Part shown: positions 11,736-25,851 of the stretch, one piece after another
Layout: every line of letters begins with the position of its first letter
Position numbering within the stretch: position 1 is the stretch's first letter
Source of the DNA: Malacoraja senta
Lineage: Eukaryota
Assembly (NCBI GenBank): GCA_038087875.1
Contig: JAXLNO010000599.1
Location: forward strand, 62,001 to 126,000
DNA: 64,000 bases
Direction: 5' to 3'
Program-made: the position numbers and the translations under genes
The notes under the pieces: generated by a model
Told to the model about the DNA's origin: nothing
Seen by the model: only the letters and a program-made list of their open reading frames with translations
The model's database searches: none

Positions 11736-13794
11736 ATTCATCATTTAAATGGAGTGAGTCAACAAAATGATTGGTACAAAGGGATCTCACGATTCTAATA
11801 CACGTAACACAAAAAGTTTGCATGTAAATACAGCAAGTAATTAGGAAGGTTAATGAAATGATGATCTTCAGTTAAAAGGATATGAAAAGTAAGAACGTTT
11901 TGATTCAACTTTATAGGATAGTGGTAGGATCAGGTTTGGAGTATTGAGTACAGTTTTGGTCTAGATATTTAAGGAATTATGTACTTACATTGGAGGAAGT
12001 GCAAAGAAAGTTCATTAAACTGATTCCTGCGATGAAGGGGTTGACATTTGAAGAATAGTTAAGCAGATTGAGATCATCCTCTGTAGAGTTTTCAAGAATG
12101 AAGGGAAATTTTATTTTCAGAGGAGCTTTCAGGGTAATGTTGAGAGGATGGTACCTATAATGGGGTTATTTAGATCCACGGGGCATAGACCTAAGACTGA
12201 GACAAGGAAGAATATCTTCATTCAGAGGGTTGTGAATGTTTGAAATTCTCTACCCCTGAGAATAGTGGAGTCAAGCATTGAGTTAAGGCAGAGTTGACAG
12301 ATATTTAAACTCCAAGAGAATCAAGGGGTATTTGGAGAGGATGAGAAAATGATGTTGAGACCCAGAATGGATCAGTTGTGATCATTAGCTGAGCGTTTTC
12401 AATGGATTAATTGGCTTACTCCTGCTCTACTTTTTATCTGACTCACTATGCGGTGAATGTTCTGTGATAGCTGTTAAACAGAAAGTTCAGTGAGGTCCCC
12501 AAACGATAAACTATGAAATGTGCAAGATCTCCATGACTAATTTGGAGACATTTTAAACTTGGAATTTGATTAAGATCAAATTTTAAGATTGACTCAATAT
12601 TACATTCTTTGAGCCAATTGACATATTTTTAAATTGATAATAACAATGCAAATATATGCATTTCTTTGTGTGTAAATTGAGAAATAGAGCAACCATATTT
12701 TAATGATATAAGGGGACAGGATTGGAGAGCCAAATGGCCTATTTCTGTCCCATAAAATAATTGGGGCTGTAAAGATTAGAAGAAAATTTCCAGGAAAATG
12801 GTGTTTAGCTAAATATAGTCTCAAATATGCAATGCGTAATTACCTTGTCCATTTTACAGGAAATCTCTATTTACATTTATGTAGGCAATAGCAATTAACT
12901 CAGTGAACCAATCTGATCGAAGGTCAAAAGATGCAATTAAAAGAATAAAATGCTATTCAAGATTAATGATAATTGCATTGCTGGACAATCTCTAACTCCC
13001 CCTGTCAACTTGTTTCTTAGAGGTACCGAATGATAAATTCTCACTATTATATGACCTTGTCAGCATGATAACAAGTTTTGCATTTAAAAGGTGCAGTACA
13101 TTAAGCTTCTCTATCTAATTCTTTGAAAAACTGACAAATTGAATGATGGAGTCATTCCTTTTCTAAGCAAAACTGTATCACCATCCTCCAGAAATACGTA
13201 TTTTTGAAGTGTAAACATATTCATCATTACTTTCAATACAAATGTACAATGCATATTTATGGGGGGGTTTTCAGCTGTGATGCTGAAGTGAAGAAATGTG
13301 CTGCTTCGTTTTATGTTTCATCTATATCGAACATTTAAAAGCCATACAGTAAATCACCTAAGAACAAAATATCTTGAGATTAATGAATCAATATATTATT
13401 TAAATCCTACAGTCAAGATTTATTTTTGTTTTTGTTCATTGTGTCAATTCAAATTAACGTAAATCTAGCAATGGTTGATCCCATTTAGATGTTACTCAAT
13501 GATTTTATCCAAGCAAGCATCAGTTACTTCATTAAGGGTAACCATGAAATTACCATGAAATCAATTACTTTTGGGCATATCCATCTTAAAATTAGTAATG
13601 CTTAATTTAATACCAATTGTCAACTACTAGAGGAGATGGCTTTAAGGAGAGAGGGGCAAAGTTTATAGGAGATATGCAGGGCAACTTTCTTACACAAAGG
13701 ATGATGAGTGCCTAAAATGTGCTGCCAGGGTTAGTGGTTGAGGAAGATACGATTACCGTAAAAATTTGCTAGTGTTCACAAAACTATCATTATA

Positions 13795-14160
13795 CCAAGC
13801 GCCCTTGCCACTCATGTGACCCCCTGGGGTGATACCCCTTTCTTTGTTTGAGGGGGGTTCTCCACCAGACCCTGCCCCCCAATGTGCGGCAGCAGAAGAA
13901 CCCTAGACTGTGGTCCTCCCCACAGAGCCTTTGCGCTGGCTGCACCAAGCTTCAGTGTGTCCCTCAGCACGTACTTCTGCAGCCTGGAATGGGCCAGCTG
14001 GGAACATTTCCTGATGGACATCTCGTTCTGCTGGGATATCAACCTTTCGGGCAGACCAAAGAGTGTCTTTCACCGAGTTGATGACCTTCCAGCAACACTT
14101 GATGTTCGTCTCCGAATGTGTCCCTGGGAAAAGTCCTCTGTTACGGAGTTAATACTGTTG
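13795..14160 (-). mobile_element. Tx1/L1-like LINE 3' fragment
   Basis: ORF 13812..14042 ending RDTLKLGAASAKALWG resembles Tx1-clade ORF2 C-termini. Confidence 0.45.
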
Positions 14161-14929
14161 CAAGATTACCAGTGGAAAATATCTCCATTCATTCTTTCCC
14201 TAGAGAGAGAAATAACCCATATTATGACATTTCACATTCAATCAAGAGAGTAACTTAAATTCCATTTAGTACAGACTCCCCACCTCCCTCCACCCCAAAC
14301 ATGCAAATCACAATTCTGAAAAAAGCCACTGTTAAGATAGGTCTTACTATACAATCTCCAAAATGAAGCGATCCCAGCTAATTAAGAAACCTCTCAGCAC
14401 CTTCTTGTTACTTTTGGCTGCATCAATGTGAGTTTGGTTCATGAGCAATTCTGCAGTTTTAAGCAGGGCATGCAGTAAGTAGGTTATGATTTTCCGGAGA
14501 ATGGAAGAATGCTACAGTATCCTCGCCCTTGGATGTTGCTTTGATCCCTTTAACTGGCTGACAGGCCTGGAGAGGATAATCCCCAGCGGCAATAGTAAAA
14601 GTTGGGTCCAATTAGCTGCTATTGGCTGGCCTAATCGTTAAAAAAACCAGGAATTCAACTAGGCGCACGACCACAGACCACAGAATTCAAGCTATGACAG
14701 GCTACGACCCTGTAGGCATCAAACTACCACTCTGTAGGCGTAAAAATCACCACCAAAACAATGACGTCACTTTATAATGATATTTTACTATAAAATGGCT
14801 TGCAGGGTGGGGTTTAAAATCATTCAGAGCCATGAATGCAAGGGAGGAACTCATGGAGAAATTGCGCTCAATACAAATACAATACAATACAAAACTCAAT
14901 ACAATACAAAACTCAATACAGCAGCCCTT

Positions 14930-16147
14930 TTGCTTGTACAGCCGGAAGGCAGAAGGACAAGAACAAGGGTGAAGAAGAAGCCCAAGAAGAGGTCTCAGTG
15001 GGTGAAGCCCCTCTTCCAAAGGAGATGCATGTTGGGCCAGCATGAAAACCTGATAAATGTGCTACAGGAAGATTTGGCTGCTTTCAAAATCTTTACTAGA
15101 ATACCCCCCTGAGCTGCTACAGGAGCTGAAGGCAATGGTGGGCCCTCTCCTGGAAAAAAAAAGGAGACCTATATGAGGAAGCCACTGGAACCAGGCCTGC
15201 GCCTAGCTATCACCCTTCGCTACCTGGCATCAGGAGACTCGTACAAGAGCCTCTCCTACAACTTTCTTGTGGCCCACAACACCATTAGCAAGAATGTCCA
15301 AGAGACCTGTGAGTCCATCATCAATGCTTATGAAGATGAAGTCATGGACTGCCCAAGTGCACTAGATGAGTGGAAGAGAGTGGCGCAGGGCTTTGATACC
15401 AGTTGGAACTTCCAGCTCACATGTGGGGCAGTGGACGGCAAGCATGTGGCCATCAGGTGTCCACCCAAGGGAGGTACAATATACTTCAATTACAAGAAGT
15501 TCCATTCAATCGTACTCCTAGCTGGGATGGATGCTAACTAAAACTTCCTGTTTGTGGATGTGGGCACACCTGGCAGTGTCGCAGATGGTAGGATCTGGAA
15601 AGGGACCACCATTGGGAAAGCACTAGAAGAAGGAACACAGGGCTTTCCTGATCCAGAACCTCTGCCAGGAGAAGACAACCCTGACATCCACTACACACTG
15701 GTTACTGATGATGCCTTCCCATTCAGGTCATGGATGATGAAACTATACCCTCACAGGCGGATGTCAAGGGAGCAGAGGATCTTCAATTACAGGCTGCCCA
15801 GGGCTAGGAGGGTCGTGGAAAATGCCTTCAGCATCCTCGCCAGCAGATTTAGATGCTTGCTGACTACGATGGAGCAGGAGCCCAAGAATGTGGAGACAAT
15901 TGTGCATGCAGCATGTGTCCTCCACAACCTGATTCATACCAGGGGTGCAGCAGCAGCAGCAGCAGCCATGGAGGAGGGTGACCGAGTGGACAACCAGACA
16001 GGAAACATCACACCAGGTTCATGGAGAATTGGAGTACAGGCTGCACCTATGGTGCCCCTGGAGAGATTGCCAGGAAACACCGGCAAAAAGAGTGCCAAGG
16101 AGCAGAGACCATCTCTGCTCTTACTACAACTCAAAACTAGGCAGTAA
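14930..16147 (+). pseudogene. Harbinger DDE transposase pseudogene
   Basis: LAITLRYLASG, CGAVDGKHV, YFNYKKFHSIVL, DDAFP, FNYRL.RARRVVENAF.IL.SRFR and ACVLHNL motifs. Frameshift near 15110-15170 and in-frame stop at about 15540. Confidence 0.9.
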
Positions 16148-16324
16148 ACATCCCACACCACAAACAGAAGTCCACAACTCCAGGAGGAGAGCCCACTGCA
16201 GACCACAAGATAATTACCTTTTCAGGTACATCCACATCCTGCCGAAATAGTTTAATTTTAAATGGTGGACTTCTTGAGTTTGTGTTTCTTAAAGTTTAAT
16301 ACAAATCTTTAAAAATATTTGTTC

Positions 16325-16870
16325 TAAATGCAGTGCATTGCTTGCCTTTGTGTTTGTTTGATTAATGAAAATATATATATATTTTAATATTCTTTTAAAA
16401 GCATTGCTTGTTTCTGTTTTTTCATCAAAACATATAAAAAGATTCGGCCTGAAAATGCAGTGCATTGCTTGTGTTTTAGTGTTAGATTCATCAAAAAGAA
16501 TAAAAATAATACTATTTTAAATGCAGTGCATTGCTTGTTTTATTGTTACATTCATCAAAATGTATAAAAATAATACTTAAATCCAGTGCAATGCTTGTGT
16601 TTTATTGTTTGTTAGATTAATCAAAAAGTATAAAAATAATATTCTTTTAAAAACAGTGCATTGCTTGTGTTTTTTTAATTTTTAGATTCATCAAAATGTA
16701 TAAAAATAATGTTTTTTTTAAATTCAGTGAATTGCTTGTTTTAGTGTTAGATAAATCAAAATGTATAAAAATAATATCCTTTTAAATGCAGTGCATTTGA
16801 AGTGCTTGTGTTTGTTTTCTTCATCAAAATAAATGTAAAGAGTCAGACTTTAAATACAGTGCATTCCTTC
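16325..16870. repeat. Degenerate ~70-bp tandem repeat inside the Harbinger element
   Basis: Recurrent AAATGCAGTGCATTGCTTG..TTCATCAAAA.GTATAAAAATAAT, about 8 units. Confidence 0.85.
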
Positions 16871-17780
16871 CTTGCGTTTGTGTGTGACAGCGCACTGGAA
16901 TGACAGCGTGTTTACATACCCTTTTTTTTGCAATGAGCCAATGAAAATGACCGGTCAGCAAAGGTGATTAACTAAAACTACCTACGACTACATTGACTAC
17001 CTGCAACTACATGGCGACCCCACTACAACTGCACCTACGACTCCAGGATTCTCGATAATCTCCATGGTGTCCAATTTTTGGTCGCAGAAAATTTTCAACA
17101 TGTTGAAAAATTTATGACAACCATAATGAGGCAGTTCTCAGAATGTGGGAACTCCTCGCGACCATGAAGGAGACTCACCAGAGACCACCAGCGAACATGT
17201 GGCGACCACAGATTCTCCCGCAGTCGCCTATAAAGTCGCCTAAGTGGGACAGGCCCATAAGGCCATCAGAAAAGATGACAAATCCCCATAGCTACTCTAC
17301 CTCAGCTTTTGTGTTGCAGGAAAACTGGATTGTAAATTCTCCCAGAGCATCTGTGACCCCTGCTGTGCTGCAGTAAGCAGGGACGTTGGGGGGGGGGAGG
17401 CTATAACATAGATTAGCCTCAGCTATATGAAAAGATTCTGAGGCTAGGAAGCTAAGGCTGATAGTAAGTTTGACCTTACCAGGGAAAGCAGTTCTGTTGC
17501 AAGCCTACAGCTGAGGCTATAGTTTGCAGTTGACCTTGGAGTATTTAGTTAGAACTTAAAGGAAAGCAAAGCCACCCTGCTCCTTTAATGTTTTTAATGT
17601 TTTGGAATTCCTTAGCTGATGTTCATGAAAGCTATTGCTTCCTGTTGTCAATATAAAACATATATAGTTGTAGCAAAATTTGACATGCATTTTATGCCGA
17701 AGTGTTTGTTGTTTCTATATACTTTTACTTAATCTTTTCCAGTGAAGTATATTTTAGGCAATGACTGTTGATTCAAGATA

Positions 17781-18224
17781 TAGTAAAACTCTGATAATCT
17801 ACTTTCCAATTTTTTTTGGAAATCCTAACAGTTTGGCATTTGGCGCACCCATTAGTCCAGAATAGGAGTCAAGTGTCCAGTCAGTGATGGAGACGAGATA
17901 CAGAGTCTGGTGTACTTCTGTGCTTCACGTTGTTTTTGACAAGCTAAAACACTGAGCACATAAACTGAAACACATAAGCTGAAGCTCACCAGCTTTGATT
18001 TCTTGCACTCCTTACAAATTCATCAAAACTCAGTATTCTGCTCCCTTTACACTCACTGACTTAATTGGAAAAAAAATTATACACATACTGTATGTAATAT
18101 AAAAAAGTGAAATAAAAGTGTGTTATGGTATTATTTGGGAATGATATAATGACATCCAATGGTTCAGATAATCTGCAAGTCCAGCACAATCCAGTCCTGA
18201 GGATGAGCAATTATCAGAGTTTTA
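17781..18224. mobile_element. Old Tc1/mariner (Tigger-like) MITE
   Basis: TA|TAGTAAAACTCTGATAAT at the left end and inverted ATTATCAGAGTTTTA at 18210-18224. Confidence 0.55.
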
Positions 18225-18716
18225 GAAGATAGGACAGAATAGTACAGGACAAGGCATTCTGGCCCACAATATCCATGCTGAACAGGATAGCAAGTTATAC
18301 TAATCTCCTCTGCCTGCATGTGATCCATATCCCTCCATTCATTGAGTACTTTTAGTCATTGGTAGGTTTTTGATTAGTAAGGGGAGCCAAAGATTATGGG
18401 GAGAAGGCAGGAGAAAGGGGTTTTGAGGTAATAATAGATCAGACATGATGGAATGGCGGAGAAGACTCAATGGGCCAAATGGCTAGCTCTGCTCCTATGT
18501 CTTATGGTCTTATTCGGTGTAAATCCTTGTGCCCATCCAAAAGTCTGTAAATGTCAATAATGTAACCAACTCCACCACCACCCCTGACAGCGAGTCCAGG
18601 CATCCACCACACTGCGTGTAAAAAACTTTCCTCACACACCTCTTTTAAACTTTGCCCCTCTCACCTTTAAGCTATGGCCTATGTCTTTGACATTTCCACC
18701 TTGGGGAAAAGGTTCT
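18225..18716 (-). mobile_element. CR1 3' fragment with a nested plus-strand CR1 tail (about 18345-18512)
   Basis: Similarity to the CR1 3' UTRs at 2614 and 2735. Confidence 0.65.
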
Positions 18717-20392
18717 GCATAATGAACTAAAAGAACCATTCTTATTTTATTAATTACAAATAATTGTTCAACCATATGAAAATTAGAATTGTTTACTCGT
18801 TAAAATAGATAGATGTAAATCCTACATTGTTCAGAACCAGATATGGCTAACTAATAGTCTCAGCATAACACAGTGTGAGAGCTGAGACGATTGAATATTT
18901 ATCAAATGTATTCAAATGATTTGCTTCAAATACTGTTCATGTAACTGAGCAGCTTTGGTGTTTACCACACCAGCTCCTTGTATGATAATATATGTTGATC
19001 TTATTGTTTGGTGAGATAGTCAAAACCGATGAGTAACTTCAAGCTTAACTGCAGTCTAGGTTTATCAGCCTGATCTAAATCATATTTATATTCTGTCAAC
19101 ACAAGAAGGACAAAATCAAATCAACACAATTAACATAAACTCACATCAAAGTATGATGTCATTGCTGATGTTCAATGCAATAGAAAGGAGGTGAAGCAGA
19201 GCCATTTTCTGTGGTGACAGATACGTAAATCACAACAGATGGTGGATAAGAAATGCATCACTCGGGCCAAGACTGCATGCTATTTCAGAACATTGCCAAG
19301 CAATATTAGCATTCTTCTAAGCATCATGCTTTCATGAATTACTTTAAGTATTTTGTTTAAAATTTTATATCTTGAAGCATATCTAACATCATGTCTCTGT
19401 TTTCCTTAGGAACAGAAACCGGAAAACAGCGACTTATGGGATTGTTGTCAATATAATCCACAAGAAGAGAGCAGTTATAGATTATTCAACAATTTTTCAA
19501 CTTTTCTAAAATATCAACACTATGGCAGCAATAACCAACTTTTTATCAAAAGAGTATTGCAATCACTGGAAAGATAGATTGTAGTTTAACATTTTGCAAT
19601 ACATTCACAGTGAAATATTAACTATTAAATCATATCTTGTCATAAAGGCACAATTAATTATACATCTATCATTATATTCTACACATTTTTGCATGCAGAT
19701 AGAACATGCCTTACAATATCAATAATCCTCCTACAATAAAATCTCAAACAAATTTAATTCTTGAATACAGCCACTTTTTCCTCATGCATTTATAATACAG
19801 ACTTTAAGTGTTTAAGGTATAAAGTTATTAAAGATGTGCATCCTGCATGCATGAGGATTCATCAGCAAGTTACATTTATGTATCAAATTATTCAGTTAGT
19901 ATTAGTGACAGTGAATGTGCTTGTGTCAAATTGTACCTAAGTCTAGGGATATGCTGCCATCTGCATACATCTGATTTTGATGAGGGGATTACTGGTATGT
20001 ATAATATATCCAGGTTTGCTGATAATACAAATCTGGTTGACAGTGTGAAGGCAAGGATGTGAATGACGGAGGACATGGTTGTAATATAAGTTGAAAAATA
20101 TATGATTATCCACTTAGGTGGAAAAATGGTAAGAGAAGATATGTTTAATATGACAAGGGATTGAAAGTGCTGGTGTTCAAAGGGACCTAAATGTTCTTTT
20201 ACACAAATCACTGTCTGAAGTGGGGTCTCGATCTGAAACGGTGCCTATCCATGTTTTCCAGAGATGTCCATGACCCACTGAGTTACTACAGCAGTTTATG
20301 TTTTTTCGCTCACTGAAGTATAATGTACGGGTACAACAAGCAAATGGGAAGTAAATATAGTTGGCCTTTATTGCCAAAGGATTTGTGTTAAA

Positions 20393-22615
20393 GTCATAAA
20401 GTCATATAGCACGGAAACAGGGCCTTTGTCCCTACTTGTCCATGCCCACCAATATATCCCATCTAAGCTGGTCCCATTTCCACGCATTAGGTCCATATTC
20501 CTGCAAACCTTTCCTATCCGTGTACCTGTCCAAGTGTCTCTTAAATGTTGTTATTGTACCTGCCTCAACCACCTCCTCTGGCAGCTCATTCCACATAGCC
20601 ACCATCTTCTGAGTGAAATAGTTGCCCCTCAAATTCCTATTAAATAGGATTTGTGGATGTGGATCTGTGCATGATGGAGTCAACCTGGGCCTGCACTTCA
20701 TTCTACAGCACCTAGATCGCCAATGGACCTATGCAAGGATTTTGTTTGTTGATTTTAGCTCTGCATTCAACACCATTGTGCCAGAGCTACTACACTCCAA
20801 ACTTTCCGAGTTGACTGTGCCTGAACCCCTCTGTCGGTGGATCACCAGCTTCCTGACAGACAGGAAGCAGCATGTGAGGCTGGGAAAGCACATCTCGGAC
20901 CTGCAAACGCTCAGCATAGGAGCACCACAAGGCTGCGTACTTTCTCCTCTCCTCTACTCTCTCTACACCAACGACTGCACCTCCACAGACACCTCTGTCA
21001 AGCTTCTCAAGTTTGCGGACGACACAACCCTGATTGGACTGATCCAGGATGGGGAGGAATATGCCTACAGACAGGAAGTGTCACAGCTGGCGTCCTGGTG
21101 CCATAGCAACAACCTAGAGCTCAATGCTCTTAAGACAGTGGAATTGATTGTAGACTTTAGGAGAGCTTCCCCTCCCCTCACCCCACTCACCATCAACAAC
21201 ACCACAGTCACATCTGTGGAGTCTTTTAAGTTCCTGGGAACCATCATCTCCAAGGACCTTAAGTGGGGGGCTACCATCGACTCCACAGTAAAAAAGGCAC
21301 AACAGAGGATGTACTTCATGCGGCAGCTGAGGAAGCACAATCTGCCACAGTTCCAATTCAACACGGCCATTGTAGAGTCTGTTCTCACCTTCTCCATCAT
21401 GGTCTGGTTTGGCTCAGCCACCAAGCAATACACCTGGAGGCTGCAGCGAATCGTCCGATCAGCAGAGAAGATTATTGGCTGCAACCTTCCCTCCATTGAT
21501 GAACTGTACACTGCAAGGGCCAGAAAGCGAGCGGGCAAGATCATCTCTGACCCCTCTCACCCTGGCCACAAACTCTTTGAATCACGTCCCTCTGGAAGGC
21601 GACTCCGGATTGTCAAAGCTGCCACAGCCAGACATAAAAACTGTTTTTATCCACGAGTAGTTGCTCTACTCAACATCCAAAAATCTGTAACCTCCGTTTG
21701 ATCTGGTATTTTGTTGGTTCACATGCTTGATCAATGGTGTTTTATCATTAATGTTTTATTATTATTAATGTTTAGTGTTTTCCGAGTCATTCGTAACTGT
21801 CACTGTATGTCATGTTGTTACTTGTGGGCGGAGCACCAAGGCAAATTCCTTATATGTGAATACTTGGCCAATAAAAGTACTTACTTACTTAAAGGACTCT
21901 GTGCATTCTCCCTATCAATTCCCCTCATGATTTTATACATCTCTATATGATCAGCCCTTAGCCTTCTGCTTTCCAGGGAATAAAGACCTAGCCTGCCTAA
22001 CCTCTCCCTATAGCTCAGGTCCTTGAGTTCTGGGAACATCCTTGCAAATCTTCTTTGCACTTTCCAGCTTAATGACATCTTTCTTATAGCAGGGAGACCA
22101 AAACTGAACACAGTACTTTAAATACGGCCTCGTCAATATCTTACACAACTGTAACAGAACATCCAAACTTTTATATATTTATACTCAATATCTTGACTGA
22201 TGAAGGTCAATGTACTAAAAGCCTCTGCTCTATAACACTTCCCAGGACCTTACCATTCACTGCAAAGGTCCTGCCCTAGTTTAACTTCCCAACGTGTAAC
22301 ACCTCACACTTATCTGCAATGAACTTCATTAGCCATTCTTCAGCGCACTTGCCCACTTGATCAAGATCCTGCTGTAATTGTTGATAGCCCACTTCACTGA
22401 CCATGATACCATCTATTTTAGTGTCAGCTGCAAACTGACTTATCATGCCTTGCACATTCTCGTTTAAATCATCAATATAAACACAAACAGCAATGGGTCT
22501 AGCACCAATCCCTGAGGCACACCACTAGTCACAGGACTCCAGTCCGAAAAACAACCTTTTACCGCCACCCTCTGCATCCTTCCATGAAGCCAGTTCTCTA
22601 TCCAGGCAACTAGCT
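20393..22615 (-). mobile_element. CR1 LINE 3' region interrupted by a Rex1/Babar element
   Basis: ORFs 20432..20701 and 21881..22111 are CR1 C-terminal segments; RT remnants extend to about 22610. Confidence 0.8.
20646..21891 (+). mobile_element. 5'-truncated Rex1/Babar LINE with open RT segment and (TTAC)n tail
   Basis: ORF 20622..21701 with YARILFVDFSSAFNTI, GAPQGCVLSPLLYSLYTNDC, KFADDTT and FKFLG. AATAAA followed by TACTTACTTACTT. Confidence 0.9.
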
Positions 22616-22617
22616 AA

Positions 22618-23230
22618 AGGCTCGGTCCAGGTGTGGACTCCTGTATATCGGCAAGACCAAGCGCAGGCTCGGCGATCGTTTCGCTGAACACCTCCGCTCA
22701 GTCCGCTTAAACCCACCTGATGTCCAGGTTGCCAAACACGTTAACTCCCCCTCACATTCCCAACTGACCTTTCTGCCCTGGGCCTCCTCCATTGTTAGAG
22801 TGAGGCCCAACACAAATTGGAGGAACAGCACCTCATACAGTATTTCGCTTGGGCAGCTTACACCCCAGGGGTATGAACATTGACTTCTCCAACTTCAATT
22901 AACCCTTGCTTTCCCTCTCACTCCATCCCATCCCCTTCCCAGTTTTCTGACCAGTCTTACTGTCTCTGACTACATTTTATCTTTGTTTGCTTTGTTGTTA
23001 CCATCTCCCAACTAACAATGATTTATTCTACCTTTTCCTTGATCTCTATTCCCTTTGTCCTGTTTTCACACCTTACACTTCCTTATCTATACACTTCCTT
23101 ATATATGTACCTCCCACTCCCCTGACATCAGTCTGAAGTAGGGTCTTGACCCGAAACATCACCCATGCCTTCTCTCCAGAGATGCTGCCTATCCCGCTGA
23201 GTTACTCTAGCATTTTATGCTTATCTTCAG
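22618..23230 (+). mobile_element. Penelope-like element 3' end: GIY-YIG endonuclease remnant plus pseudo-LTR
   Basis: Reads RCGLLYIGKTKRRLGDRFAEHLRSV..HVNSPSH..LEEQHLI. Hammerhead-like core at 23133-23160. Confidence 0.88.
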
Positions 23231-23454
23231 CTAGCGCAAGAGTAGCATGACTGGAAACAGTGCTGGAATCAGCAGCTGGGGAATGCAGTACAGCTGGGAA
23301 TTGACCTTGATGTGTGTTTGGTGCATGGTGAAATTGAGGAGCTGAGGTGCAGAGTTGCCTGGAGCATAGTCAAGGGTCAAAAGTATTTTATTGTCATATG
23401 TCACAAAACGGAACAATTAAATTCTTACTTACAGCAACACAACAGGTATGTAAA

Positions 23455-25851
23455 ATGTATAATGATATAGTAAGTGCTTTATATGTAGGCAGTAAGGCCT
23501 ACTGCAAGCATAAAAATAAGACACATAACATCAGGCCTGGTTGGAATAAGTATGTAGCTGAGTATCACGCTGAAGCCCGTGAAGCCACTGAATCATGGGC
23601 TATGGCAGGTAGACCCAGACAGGGGCCTGTGTTTGAGTACAAGAAGCTCACTAATGCAAGATATAAGTATGCTGTTCGCTTCATTTGTAAAAATGTGCAG
23701 GCTATGAGGGCTGATTCCATGGCTAAGAAGCTGCTAAGTAACGATGATACTGATTTTTGGAAAGAAGTGAGAGCTCTAAAGGCCCTGTCCCACTTTCTCG
23801 AGTTACTCACGAAGTCTCCCGAGTTTCCCCCTTGATTCAAACTCGGAGAATTACGGTAATAGCCATTCGTAGGTACTCGGGGCTATTTTTTAAACTCGTG
23901 GACATTTTTCAACATGTTGAAAAAACGTCCCGACTTACCTGATGCCCCGAGTTCCTACGGTGACACTACGAGCCGCTACGAAACATCTACGGCCTCCTAC
24001 GGCCTCCTACGAGCTCGCTACCGACATTCCCCGAGTTTGAATCAAGGGGAAAACTCGGGAGAGTTCATGAGTAACTCGGGAAAGTGGGACAGGGCCTTTA
24101 ACAGTTGCAAAACATCTCTACCATGCACTGTAGATGGAATCTCTGGAACAGCTAACATCACGGAGTTATGGCGACAACATTATAGTACTTTATTCAACTG
24201 TATCCAGGGTGATTTGTATAGGGTGGACAATATTGACAATAATGACTCAATGGTGATTATGTCACATGAGGTGTATCATGCCATGAACAAGCTGTCCAAC
24301 AACAAAGCAAGTGGCTTGGATCATATTTCTGCTGAACATCTTAAGTATGCGAGTATGAGGATAGCTCCTCTCCTTGCTATTTGTTTTACTGGCATTATGA
24401 TTCATGGCTTGTTACCAGACTCAATGTTGTCTGTTCTGCTGGTGCTGGTCATTAAGGACAAAACTGGTAAAGTAGGCAGCCTAAATAATTACAAGCCCAT
24501 AGCTTTAGCCAGCATATTGTCAAAAGTCCTAGAAGGAATTCTGCTGGAGAGAGTAAATGAGTTTGTTAACTCCACAGATAACCAGTTTAGTTTCAAAACT
24601 AAACATGGCACTGATGTGCATATGTGCCCTAAAGGAAATTGTAAACAAATATAGAGGTTAAAAACTCATCAGTTCTTATGTGCTTTATTGATGCTTCCAA
24701 AGCCTTTGATCGTGTTAATCATAGGAAGTTGTTTGTTAAAATGAGTCAAAGAGGGGTGCCTAAATACATTGTGAGAATTCTGGCTTACTGGTATGCCCAC
24801 CAGACTATGCAAGTAAAATGGGGCAATAGGGTCTCAGCCCCATTTGGGGTTAGCAATGGTGTTAGACAAGGGGGAATTTTGCCCCCAGTCCTTTTTAATC
24901 TTTATATTGATGATCTGTCCAAGCAATTGAAAGCCTGTAATACTGGGTGCATGATTGGTAATATTTTAGTGAACCATATTATGTATGCAGATGATCTTGT
25001 TGTCTTTAGTCCATCTAGCGCTGGTCTCCAGCAGCTCCTTACTATATGTTCTATGTATGGTGTGGAACATGATATTTAATATAATGCTTGTAAGAGTGCT
25101 GTTATGATCTGTAGAACCAAAGAGGATAAATGTCTAAAATTTCCTGATTTTAAATTGTCCGAAAATAATCTTAGTGTCTGTAAGAAGGTAAAATATCTTG
25201 GGCATTTTATTACAGAACAAATGACAGATGATGAGGATATTTATAGGACACGACGTATGCTGTATGTACAGGCAAATATTCTCTTGCATAAGTTTGGTGC
25301 GTGTACAGATGTGGTGAAGATGTCCCTGTTTAGAGCATATTGCACACCACTCTATACTGCACACCTGTGGTCAAACCATGGAAAGAAAAGTTTGCAGAGA
25401 CTAAAGGTAGCCTATAATGATGCCATGAGAACACTGCTAAGGAAACCTAGATGGTGTGGTGCTAGTAAAATGTTTGTGGCTACAGGAGTCAGTACTTTAG
25501 AAGCTATCCTAAGAAATCATATGTATAAATTCATTGCAGGATAAATGACTCTAAAAATGTAATTATCATGGCATTGTCAAACATAAGGTTTAGCACTATA
25601 TGCTACGAATCCCAGTTGTGGAGACACTGGTATTGCTGTCTCGTTGTTGGACACTGATCTTTCTTTTTATTCTGGATTTTAAATCATGTATTGTGTTTTT
25701 TTGTATATAATTTATGATGCTTTTATGAGTAATATACTAAGCATTTATATGTATTTTATGGTATTTTTATATGCAATGTATTTTATGTAATGCCGCCTCT
25801 TGTCTGGACCTTGAGTCTGAAATAAAGTTTAATAATAATAATTAATAATAA
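23455..25851 (+). mobile_element. 5'-truncated non-LTR retrotransposon (RTE/RTEX-like) with (TAA)n tail
   Basis: FIDASKAFDRVNH, GVRQGGIL.P.LFNLYIDDL, MYADDL and KYLGH motifs over frameshifted ORFs. TSD TATGTAAA at 23447-23454 and 25852-25859. Clade assignment is tentative. Confidence 0.8.
23780..24097. mobile_element. Harbinger-type MITE inserted in the LINE ORF
   Basis: TIRs AGGCCCTGTCCCACTTT / AAAGTGGGACAGGGCCT with extended inverted arms and TAA/TTA flanks. Removing it rejoins WKEVRAL-NSCKTSLP. Confidence 0.9.

Larger units (their letters stand above)
10490..12440 (+). mobile_element. Old fragmented CR1 ORF2 and 3' UTR with nested Helitron, Penelope and SINE pieces
   Basis: Remnants read as K.DKFS.PDG, GNYRP.SL.S, and an EY.VQFWS-like segment at about 11940. 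Confidence 0.6.
14630..17257 (+). mobile_element. Decayed PIF/Harbinger DNA transposon (right TIR present, left TIR not found)
   Basis: Transposase remnants; right end AAGTGGGACAGGCCCA|TAA shares its TIR with the MITEs at 23780 and 29151. Confidence 0.8.

Noticed and set aside
15173..16147. Host HARBI1-like gene
   Set aside because: It has a stop and a frameshift and lies within a TIR-bearing transposon relic.
19400..19540. Coding exon after acceptor TTTTCCTTAG
   Set aside because: No recognisable protein similarity and no convincing downstream donor.
23347..24654. ORFs 23347..23835 and 23914..24654 as separate genes
   Set aside because: They are one LINE ORF split by a MITE, and parts of both translations come from MITE sequence.
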